DNA of 53,516 nucleotides from a virus (Duplodnaviria; Caudoviricetes): IMG/VR virus record IMGVR_UViG_3300008459_012190, positions 1 to 53,516 of that record; one strand, 5' to 3'. Shown piece by piece: positions 36,470 to 46,300 of this stretch (position 1 is its first letter; each line of letters starts with the position of its first letter). The notes under the pieces were generated by a model. It saw only the letters and a program-made list of their open reading frames with translations, ran no database searches and was not told where the DNA came from. The position numbers and the translations under genes were made by a program.

Positions 36470-37700
36470 TTAAAATCCTGAGAAAATGTCCAACACAACA
36501 CTCAATCTTTTAGTTATTAATGGTAATCCTAAAGGCTCAATAATAGAATTGATTGGTGATAGAATACATTTCTCAAACTGAGTATCTAGGTCAATTTCTG
36601 GAGCCATCTCAATAGGATATGAACCTCGGATAAAAGCAAATATGTCATTCTGTGAAGTATTTTTACAATAATAATATTTAATCTTATCACCAGATTTTAT
36701 GAATTCATATTTTGTTTGTAAATTCTTATTCTTATGAAGTAGATGGTTATGGTAAGCAGAAGCCTTTACGGCAAAGTGTGCACCAGATACAAATTCGAGT
36801 TTATTTTTGTCATTCAAAACTTTTTCCTCGTATTTGGAACAAGATGATTGCATACATATTTCATCTATTCTATCAGGCACACAAAGGTCAAACTCTTTTT
36901 TAAGATTTTTAACTAACTTCAAGAGTTCCTTGATATTGAATGTATCGGGATGTTCAAACAAATATTTTACAATACCAAGAATTTTATCCCTCGCAAAAAG
37001 TGGTGTTGATGACCTTACAAGTTCTACTCCTTTTGGGAAAATATAATTCAATCTATCGTAAGGAATTCCATCTTCATAAACAATGTGCTGAATGTATTTC
37101 TTCTTAGCAATTGATATGATTGATTCGGAAATTCTTTCAAGTTCAAAGTCTTGTTTGTTTTCAACACCATAAGTTGCTGCGTGTTCGTCTAAGCATTTCT
37201 TGAAATATCCGGCGTATCTATGTTTGTCTAGTGCGTGAATAAATTCAAGTTCATCTTTATAAACATGTCTCCATTCACAATGATCCATTGCTGGTTTGAA
37301 CGATACAAATAGTGAATCAGTATCTGCATAAATAGAAACTTCTTCACCCTTTGGTATTGGTGTTACATTTTTTAGATTCATTGATTCGTGCAATTCTGTA
37401 TCTAAATGCCATTGCTCATACCAATAGTCCTCGTTTACCTTATTCATAGTTTGGGTGAGGTTACGACCTTCTGCGGTGATTGTGCCGGCTACGTAGTTAT
37501 TGAATAGGATGAAATAGGGTGCTGCGAATGCTCCGTATGACCCATTTAAGACAAGTTTTAGTCATTTCCCCCCACCGATTACTCAGTGGGGGCTAAAAAA
37601 GCGCGAGCTGGAGGGCATTGTAGTATTCTACCTCCCTTTTCAGCTCGCTTGCTTTATTTTTGAGTGAATTAATTTTTTCTAATTTTTGTTCTTTAGTCAT
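36470..37700 (-). CDS. Family B DNA polymerase, C-terminal subunit (gp43B-like), interrupted by a 40-nt coding gap at 37559-37598; predicted 396 aa
   Basis: ATG 37700 gives MTKEQK...NALQLAL; resuming at 37558 gives KLVLNGSYGAF..ITAEGR, then YADTDS, KKKY and KGVELVRSSTP. Confidence 0.85.
37559..37655 (-). promoter_or_regulatory. Candidate translational-bypass (recoding) element: 5' long hairpin plus 40-nt gap with a GNRA hairpin
   Basis: AAAGC/GCTTT, GCGAGCTG/CAGCTCGC, AGGG/CCCT and GTAG/CTAC stems; then TAG, CCCCCACTGA-GTAA-TCGGTGGGGG, GAAATGA, CTA. Confidence 0.65.
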
Positions 37701-37726
37701 GTTACTAAATTTAAAATATATAATAG

Positions 37727-39067
37727 TTATACTCCAAAATAATTAAAAGGTGTTAACTCTTTTAACTCTTTTTTCAACTCCTCACTCACATCCAATTTAT
37801 CAATAAACTTCCAAATATCTTCCTTACTGATATTTTCTTTACCCCTTGTAAGTCCTTTCAATACTTCATATGGATTTTTAAATCCTTCTCTTCTTAAAAT
37901 GGTTTGAATACCCTCTGAAACTATAGCCCAATTAGATTCCAAATCTTTATCAATCTTTTCTTTATTAATAACTAATTTATTAATTCCCTTTTTGATTGAA
38001 TTTATACTTATTTGAATATGTGCCATTGGAACCCCAACATTTCTTAGAACAGTTGAATCCGTTAAATCCCTTTGAAGTCTTGATATAGGTAACTTTTCTG
38101 ATAAGTGACTTAATATTGAGTTAGCCATTCCCAAATTACCTTCAGCATTTTCAAAATCAATTGGATTTACTTTATGTGGCATTACGGAAGAACCAACCTC
38201 TCCAAGTTTTGTTACTTGTATAAAATAATCCATTGAAATATACTGCCAAATATCTTTACAAAAATCTAATAATATAGTGTTTATTCTTCTTAGGTTATCA
38301 AAAAAGGCACATAAGTTATCATAGTGTTCAATTTGAGTTGTATATTGATATCTTTTTAAGCCAAATTTTGATAAAAATTCATCTGAAAACCTTTTCCAAT
38401 CTACATTTGGGTAAGAAACCTTATGTGCGTTGAAGTTACCAACTGCACCACCGAACTTACCATAAAACTTCAAGTCCTTAATCATTGAAATTTGATTTTG
38501 CAATCTTTCAACAAAAACCATTATCTCTTTGCTCATCTTGGTAGGAGAAGCTGGCTGACCATGTGTCCTTGATAACATTACTATATCACCACAAGATTCT
38601 GACAAGTCAATCAATTTATCAACCAATCTATCCATTTCAACCAAATAAATATTTTCAAACCATCTTTTTATTGAAAGTGGTATGGCAGTATTATTAATAT
38701 CTTGTGATGTAAGTCCGAAATGGATAAATTCTTTCAAATGGGATAAACCAAGACTTGATATTTTTTCTTTGATAAAGTATTCCAAAGCTTTTACATCGTG
38801 TTTAACAGTACTTTCCACTGTTTTTAATGTAAAACAATCTTCTTGGCTAAAATTCTGATGTAAAGTTCTTAGTTTCATTATGGTTACATCATCTAATTCT
38901 TCGTCTGTTATGATTTTCTTCTCAATTAGAGAAATAAAATATTCAACTTCTACATAAATTCTCCATTTATTTAGTGCATATTCAGAAAAGTAAGGAGACA
39001 AGTTCTTTACTTGGTCTCTGTAACGACCATCTATGGGATTTATTGAGGTTATTTCGTTTAAATACAT
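37727..39067 (-). CDS. purB: Adenylosuccinate lyase
   Basis: PIDGRY, HDVKA, IHFGLTSQDINN, RTHGQPA, GSSVMPHKVNPIDFENAEGN, SRLQRDLTDS. Confidence 0.95.
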   Translation of the reverse strand: MYLNEITSINPIDGRYRDQVKNLSPYFSEYALNKWRIYVEVEYFISLIEKKIITDEELDDVTIMKLRTLHQNFSQEDCFTLKTVESTVKHDVKALEYFIKEKISSLGLSHLKEFIHFGLTSQDINNTAIPLSIKRWFENIYLVEMDRLVDKLIDLSESCGDIVMLSRTHGQPASPTKMSKEIMVFVERLQNQISMIKDLKFYGKFGGAVGNFNAHKVSYPNVDWKRFSDEFLSKFGLKRYQYTTQIEHYDNLCAFFDNLRRINTILLDFCKDIWQYISMDYFIQVTKLGEVGSSVMPHKVNPIDFENAEGNLGMANSILSHLSEKLPISRLQRDLTDSTVLRNVGVPMAHIQISINSIKKGINKLVINKEKIDKDLESNWAIVSEGIQTILRREGFKNPYEVLKGLTRGKENISKEDIWKFIDKLDVSEELKKELKELTPFNYFGV

Positions 39068-39068
39068 A

Positions 39069-39851
39069 TTAGTCCTCGTTTGTGAAATCTTGTTCAAATG
39101 ATAACATTAGGTTGGAATCTTTATCTTTAACTAAAATAAAATTATCAAAGATATAAAAGTTTATAAATTCATCATCGTCATTAATATTAGATAGATATTT
39201 TTTACTGAATATGATGTTAGCATTATTTGTTTTGATTTCGTCTACCTCCAATTCCCATTTTGAAACTTCATTGAATGTGACTTTACTATTATCAACAGTT
39301 ATATTTAGTGTTTTATCTTCATTGTTGATTGATGATAATTTTTTTATGTTGCTGAAATCTTGGTTTGTGACTTTAAAGTTCCATTTAGCGTTTTTGGGGT
39401 TAAGTCTAGCATTTAATGTAGACTTTTGTAAATCTTTAATTCTATATTGTTCACCACCAATCGTAGATATTTTCAATTTATCATTTGTGAATTGAGCTGT
39501 TCTGATGTGCATTACAGTATCATCATCTGGCAAAGGTTTAAAAACTAAATCTAATTTGATTACCTTTTCGGGATTAAAGAATTTAAGATTTTTAGCGAAT
39601 TTATTAGCTGACGTGATGATAAAGTCAAAAGTTTCATCTTTGGTAAAATTATCAATAAAATCTTTAGTTTTTAATGTATATCCTTTGAAAGCGGTGATTG
39701 ATGTTTCATTACTAATAACTGAATACATAAGTATTTCATCTTGTTCAATTTTCATTTTTACCACATCTTCAATAGAAGTTAGATCGCTGAATTTAGTTAG
39801 AAATTCAGGGAAATTAGATTGGTTGAATTTTAGAGAGAGCTTCTGAGACAT
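39069..39851 (-). CDS. Probable DNA sliding clamp (gp45/PCNA-like)
   Basis: 260 aa, acidic, two repeated beta-alpha-beta-beta-beta units, co-oriented upstream of the polymerase; no diagnostic motif. Confidence 0.45.
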   Translation of the reverse strand: MSQKLSLKFNQSNFPEFLTKFSDLTSIEDVVKMKIEQDEILMYSVISNETSITAFKGYTLKTKDFIDNFTKDETFDFIITSANKFAKNLKFFNPEKVIKLDLVFKPLPDDDTVMHIRTAQFTNDKLKISTIGGEQYRIKDLQKSTLNARLNPKNAKWNFKVTNQDFSNIKKLSSINNEDKTLNITVDNSKVTFNEVSKWELEVDEIKTNNANIIFSKKYLSNINDDDEFINFYIFDNFILVKDKDSNLMLSFEQDFTNED

Positions 39852-39889
39852 ATTTCATGATATGGATTTGTTATGGATTTGTTTAAATG

Positions 39890-39918
39890 AAAAAGGTCCC
39901 TTTTTAAGGGACCTTTTT
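39890..39918 (-). terminator. Intrinsic terminator after the tRNA
   Basis: AAAAAGGTCCCTT-t-t-t-AAGGGACCTTTTT. Confidence 0.8.
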
Positions 39919-39919
39919 G

Positions 39920-40212
39920 TACGAGGAGAGGGAGTCGAACCCTCACAGCATTGCTGCCAATGGATTTTACTTACTACTATAGCTTTCGCTACCCTTACGG
40001 TTTGTAGTCTGGACTATTCCTTCACCATATTAGATTTCTCTAAGTTAGGTGGGTGATTATAGTCTCTGCACGTTTCCCTAACGGGACTTCGCTCAGAGTT
40101 GGCATCAGTATTACCTGGTAAGCGTTCTCTGAATTTACACCTTACTAATAAAAGATTTCTCCTTTACCGACCCTATTGAGTCCATCGTGTCTACCTGTTC
40201 CACCATCCCCGC
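39920..40212 (-). tRNA. trnL: tRNA-Leu(UAA), intron-split; exons 40212-40179 and 39969-39920; CCA not encoded
   Basis: Spliced sequence GCGGGGATGGTGGAACAGGTAGACACG ATGGA-CT^TAA-AA-TCCAT TGGCAGCAATGCTGT GAGGG-TTCGACT-CCCTC TCCTCGT-A; long variable arm. Confidence 0.9.
39970..40178 (-). ncRNA. Group I intron (IC3-like), 209 nt, no ORF
   Basis: P AAATTCAGAGAA, Q AACTCTGAGC, R GTGCAGAGACTA, S AAGGAATAGTCC; P1 GACU/GGUC with U.G at the 5' splice site; terminal G. Confidence 0.9.
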
Positions 40213-40236
40213 ATTTCTTTCAGTGATTTGTTACTA

Positions 40237-40268
40237 CAAAGATATAAAAAAATTTCAAAAAGTTCAAA
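40237..40268 (-). promoter_or_regulatory. Bacteroidota-type promoter for the tRNA
   Basis: Minus strand: TTTG (40268-40265), 20-nt spacer, TATCTTTG (40244-40237). Confidence 0.7.
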
Positions 40269-40320
40269 ACTATTCGAAAAAAATATTTGGGGTCCCTGTC
40301 AATTTGGATTTTATCTTTTT

Positions 40321-40328
40321 AATATATA
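40321..40328 (+). promoter_or_regulatory. Putative phage late promoter AATATATA (representative copy)
   Basis: Same octamer lies 4-27 nt before starts at 4099, 9444, 16488, 20188, 34661, 40356, 52758 (+) and 1571, 11311, 35335, 36452 (-). Confidence 0.6.
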
Positions 40329-40355
40329 ACAAGGACAAATAAAAAAAGTAAATAA

Positions 40356-43300
40356 ATGGCGATAAATCAAATTCTAGGTGTACCAGATTGGCAAAAATTA
40401 TCAACATTCACGGGTTCACTTCCTGCTCCAGGATTCAGTCAAATATATCCAGGTCCCAATAAATATTGGTATGCGTATGATGGTACATACGTAAAAAGAT
40501 TTGAGTATGGTATTCAATACGGTGCTGGTCTAAGTACTGTATTCGCGGCTACAGAATCTTTTGTAGACAAAAGAATAGATGTAAATATTGGATCGGGTCT
40601 TTCATATTCTTATGAGGGAGAAGGTTCTGCAATCTTTGTTACTGGATTAACCAGTGGTAATTTAAATATCATAGGTTCATTTACTCAAGGATATGTATTA
40701 TCTCTAAGTAGTACCGCATCTGGTCAATTTCAATGGATAGCTGCAGGTTCTGCTAGTGTACAAGGTACATCAGGAAGTATTGCTAAATTTACTTCTAATA
40801 GTTCTGTAGGAGACTCTGCAATGATTGAGGTAATCACCGGAACTCCTAGTTTTGATAGAAGATCAGTTTACATTGGAATGCCACAACCAACTAATCTTGG
40901 TGGTAGTTCTACAGTAAGATCTTCTGTTGCATTCGGAGCTTCGCCAAGTATTTTGGTTGATAAGCAGATTTTTCTAGGGGATAATCCAAACAGATATATT
41001 GGATTTACAAATTCCAACCAGGTTGAAATTAGTACTACGGGTGAATTTATAGTAGCTGATTATCCACTTTTTACAGGCACAACTTCAAAGGCTAGATTTA
41101 TAGGTGCTGTAACTGATACATCGACCTTTTCAAATTTAGGTTACGATAGGAATATTGATTTTCTATCTGGATTAGTTAGTGTTAATCAGAGACCGGGATA
41201 TCCCGCACTTTTTGTAAACACAACTTCTCCCGATTTAGTGGGAGTTTCACCAAGTAACATGGTAAGAACTCCGACTTTCAGTTTTGATTCTTCCAACCCG
41301 TTTTTGGGAAGTATCACTGGAACATTTGGGGTTGCTCTTGGTTTATCAGGTGGTGGTATACAAATAAAAGATGGTACAGAGGGACAATATAAAGTTTTAG
41401 TTTCTTCAACCAATCAAGGACACGGTATTTGGGCTACGATGGTTGGTATACAAGGTCTTCATAGTTTGACCTCAAGTTTGTCAGGTGATAATCTTAATGG
41501 GAATTTTTTATCTTCAAATTATGTAGCTAGAGTTCCTATTTATCAGAAACCTGGTTCATTCGAACTTGGTGATAGGTTTTATGGTCCGACATCTGCTTGG
41601 GGAACATTCAGTCGTAGTTTCACATATTCTATATTGATATCTGAACAAAATTTTGCTTATGAAAGGAACTGGGACGGTGTAACGAGATCTGGTCCTTTTG
41701 ATGTAAATTTCATAGTTCCGAATATTGGTGCGACTTATGCTCAATTTATGATGAATAGGAGTAACCAAGAGTATTATGGTAGTTTATATCTTTACGATGA
41801 AGGTGAAAAATTTGGTGTAGTTAGAGCTGGTGGGTTAAATTCGAGAACAGGTATTTTTGCGAAAGATATTTCTAACACAGTACTTGGGCCTGGTTCCAAC
41901 GGATCATATGCGATTAAACCTGGAAATAGAAATAACTCTATAGTCTATTTTTTAAATTCTGATAGAACTTCTGCAGTTGATCCAACAAATAAATTAACAA
42001 TCCAAGCTTGGAATTTTCAAATATCGACTGGTTTAGCTGCTCGTGGATTTACCTTCTCGAATTCGAATTTTACTATAGATACAGGATCTTATCCTGGATA
42101 TGGTTATTGGCCCAGGTCTGTATACGAAGAGAAGTTGATTTGGGCATCGCCAACAGATTGGCAGACAGGTTTAACTATATCAGCAACTCAAGGCCAACCA
42201 GACCGATTTAGTTCCGTAACTTCATTGGGTGGTGGACTTTTACCACCAGCACCACGAACATTTGCAATTAATCCCAACAATGGTCTAGATACACAGGTCG
42301 TCAGAAGGAGAACAAATTTACTTTATAATCAACCTGAGAGGGATAGATTTAACAACATCCTTTATAATTTTGAAGTATCAAGAATGGGTTATACGGGATC
42401 CTTAACACAATCTTCTACTTCATTGGACACAATACTTGGACAATGGATTAGAATTGAAAGTGGGGATTTTAATGGAAGTATGACACAATCCACCGGATTA
42501 TTTGTAACTCCTCAATGGGGTAGTTTTATTAACAGTGGTGTTTTGGGAATGACACTATCTCGTCAAGTGGGTATTCAAGTTACACAGCAAGTAGGTTATA
42601 CAGAAAGAGTTCCCCTTGGAACTGTTCAAGAAGCCTATGATTTTATGTCTGGTAGGATCGGAAACGGTAATGTGATTAGTAATATACAAAGTCATGTTGG
42701 TTTCTTTGCTCAGTCTAAAATGAGGGGTCGTCAATGGGATCCATCAGGTAGAAGAACATTTGACTATGGTGGCAGACTTGATAATACAGTTTCATTCAGA
42801 ACCACTCCAACACAATGGCCGACATACTCTGTTTATAAAGATAAACCATGGGCTTTTTACGCTGAAAGAGATAAATCTAATCTTGGTGGTGGTTTACTAA
42901 TTGATATGGGTGCTACTTTTGGTACACCACTAAGAGCATTCTTAGAAATTGAAGCTGTCACAAGATCGGTGGCGGATGGTACATCACCATTTACAGTTTC
43001 TGCAACGATATCTGTGTTTCAAAGAGATGGTTCATATGTAACTTTTTCACATGCTGGTTCACCAAAATCGGTATTTACTGGCACAATCAGCGGATTTACA
43101 CTATCTGTTGCTTCTGTGATTTCAGGTCTTGGAAATATAGTACCGCCAAGTGGTTTAACTGGATCTGGTGTCCTATCAAATACTAGAATAATTGCGTTTG
43201 GTACAGGTGTTGGTGGTGTTGGTACGTATACATTAGATCAATCTCAAACTGTTGGTGTAGCGGTACAAATGACATCCACTAAAGATAATTCATATAGTAC

Positions 43301-46300
43301 ATATGTTGAAACATATCCACAAATGTTGTTAAGACCAGGTGTTACTCCTTCATATCAATCTGACGGTAGTTTGTGGTATACACCAGGATATCTAGCGTTT
43401 GTTGATGGTGGACAAGTATTCAATCTTTTGGGTACAAAAAGTGCAGCTTCATTGAATAGTGGTCTCACGGGTAATGGAGTACTTGGATATGTTCCTGTTT
43501 GGACAGGTGGTTCAAGTTTAAGAGGAACAAGTTCGATATACATTTCTGATAATGGGGGTGGAAACGTTGGTATAAACTTTTGTTCAAGTTATCCAAACCT
43601 ACCACTTCAGGTTGGAACTACTTCAGCAAGTTGTAATGTTTCAATCGGTGTCTCTGGATCGATTTTGTATCAAGATGGTAGTCATGGTACTACCGGTTCT
43701 GTGATGGTTGCTGATGGGACTGGTAAATTATCTTTACTTGCTCTACCAAAATCAAATCAAGTGGTCTTTAGTGACTTTACTGGCACAAGTTTAACATCTT
43801 CTGTAAATTTCCAATTTATAAATGCTAATAGTGTAACAGCGTCTGCAATTGTTGCGGGTCGTTCAAATACAATACTGGATCCAACAATTGATTCGATAGT
43901 TGTTGGGGGATTTTGTAATAGATTAGGTGTTTTTGGCACAACCTCAATGACACATTGTATAAGTAATTCATCGATAATTGGTGGATGTTGTAATACAGTT
44001 GGTGGTACTTGTTCAAGTTTTGCAAATATTATAGGTGGTAGGTGTAATAGAATTGAAAATTTTAATTTTCGTAATAGCATCTTTGGTTCAGATTTAAGCA
44101 CTATAACAGGTGACGGTATATGTGTTTTAAGAAGTGTTATTGTCGGTGGTGCTCAAAACTTGATTTGTAAAGGTAACGAATCTACTATAATAGGTGGTGG
44201 TTGTAATACCATATGGCATTGTATATCTGGTCAAAATGGAACATTTAAATCCACAATTTTGGGTGGTTGTTGTAATTCAATTAATACCTACACCGCCCAA
44301 TCAAGTATAGTTGGTGGATGTAAGAATCTTATAACAAACAGATCTTGTAACAGTATCGTACTTGGTGGTGTGTGTAATACCATCTGTACATCTACTTGGG
44401 GTGGTGACTCTGGTGGTAATGATAATGCAATTTTGGGTGGTGCTACAAACTCTATAGAATCTTATAAATCTCATTACGGTGCTTTTGGTAATTATGGAAA
44501 TTGTTCATCTATAATTATAGGTGGTGGTTTAAATAAAATCGGTTGTAATTTAGTGGCGAATGCTACTTGTCCAGGAGTCGTTAGATCAACAATATTGGGT
44601 GGGCAACAAAACTTTATGTTCTGTAATTCAGCAAATTCGAATATTATTGGTGGTCGACTTAACCAACTGATTGGTTCGACAAATTCTGCTATCATAGGAG
44701 CGCTTTCCGCGACTGTAAGTTGTTCCAGAAACTCTGTCATAATTGGTGGAGTAGGATTGTCATTATCAAGTTGTGATAATATGGTTTATGTACCATCTTT
44801 GATGATAAGCACAATATCACACGATTCTAGTGCAACTTGTTTCTTAGTTTGGGATTTTGCAACAAAGACCGTCCGTGGTAGGACCGGAGGTGCTGGTGGT
44901 GGAACCAAAGGTGACAAGGGTGACCAAGGTCCTATAGGACCCGCCGGTGCTGATGGTACTGGAGCTGAGTGGTATTGGGAGGGAATCTGGTCAAATTCTT
45001 GTGTCTACGTTGTTGGTAGTATTGTCACTTATCAAGGTCAGACTTGGTATTCATGCACTGGTCAATCAAATATAACACCTGTACAAGGTCCAACTTGGTC
45101 TCTGATAGCTGCTAAAGGAGCTACAGGTGCTACAGGTATATCTTCAATTGGAACATTCAATCAAAATGTATCTTATGCAAATGGTGCAAATCTATCAGCA
45201 ACCGGTGTCTTAACTTTGGGTGCTGCTACTATAACAAATCCTGGTCTAATTCACACCGGATCTCAAACTTTTTCTGGTGATAAGCAATTCAGAGGTGATG
45301 TACTTATAGGTCCAACTAATACAAACGGCCTTTTTCTATTTGGTGAAGATGGTATAAATTATTCTGGGTTTCTAGGACCAACAACGACATCTTCTAATTT
45401 AATCTACAGATTACCACCACTAGCTCCATTAGAAAGGTATTTGAAGACTTGTACTAGTTTAGATGGTGTTATAGGATTAATGTGGGCTACTGCATCAGGT
45501 GGTGGAGCTAGTAGTATCGTTATATCAACTAAAGAAGTGGTTTTTGGTGATGGTAGTGGTGTGACTTCAGATTCTAATTTTTGTTTTGATCCATCAAACT
45601 GTGATTTCATTGTTTCATCAACACCTACAAATAATTCATCATCAGGAATGAACGCTATAGTAGGGGGTAGTGGTCATATTTTGACATCTGGTTTAAGATC
45701 CGCAATGATTGCTGGTCAAGATAACCAAATTGTTGGGTCGACTTGTTCAATTATAATTGGATCTAGAGCTTCTTGTATATGTAGAACTGGTGCAGGTGGG
45801 GAATTCGTATCAGGATTGATTATTGGTGGGGACAATAATAGGATAATTGGTTCAGCATCTGATTTTTCTACTATAATAAATGGTAATAATCAATGTATAT
45901 GTGGATCGGGAAATAATAATACTACTATACTCGGTGGTATAGGCAACTGTATATTTTTGTGTTCTCAAAACTCCACAATTATTGGGGGGTCTAACAACGC
46001 CATACAATTTTCCTGTTGTTCTTCAATTATATCATCAGCTCAATCTCAGATTATTTCTGATACTAATATACCTGGAAGTGAAACTACCAAATCCGCTTTA
46101 ATAATTGGTGGTTTGACAAATAGAATAGTTGGTTCAGCAAGTGACTTTACAACCATATTGAATGGTAATAACCAATGCATTTGTGGACCAAACAGTAACA
46201 ACGCTGGTATTGTTGGTGGTAGTGGTAACCTTATTGGTACATCATCGAATAATTCATTTATAATCGGTGGAGACAACAACAAAATCGAAGGTGCTAGTAG

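Noticed and set aside
36470-37447. ORF-track start of the polymerase at 37447 (325 aa)
   Set aside because: The frame stays open upstream to 37561 and encodes KLVLNGSYG (motif B), so the real protein must begin further upstream.
37569-37592. Hairpin in the polymerase gap as an intrinsic terminator
   Set aside because: No U-tract follows it on either strand (the U-run precedes it on the coding strand).
37593-37595. Genome-wide TAG reassignment as the explanation for the polymerase stop
   Set aside because: Readthrough stays in the wrong frame and stops at TAA; other long genes are intact in code 11 and some end in TAG.
39862-40056. 64-aa plus-strand ORF
   Set aside because: It is antisense to the tRNA 3' exon, intron and terminator; spurious.
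40176-40178. tRNA-Leu with CAA anticodon
   Set aside because: CAA is the start of the intron; that junction would not give a 5' U.G pair or a terminal G.
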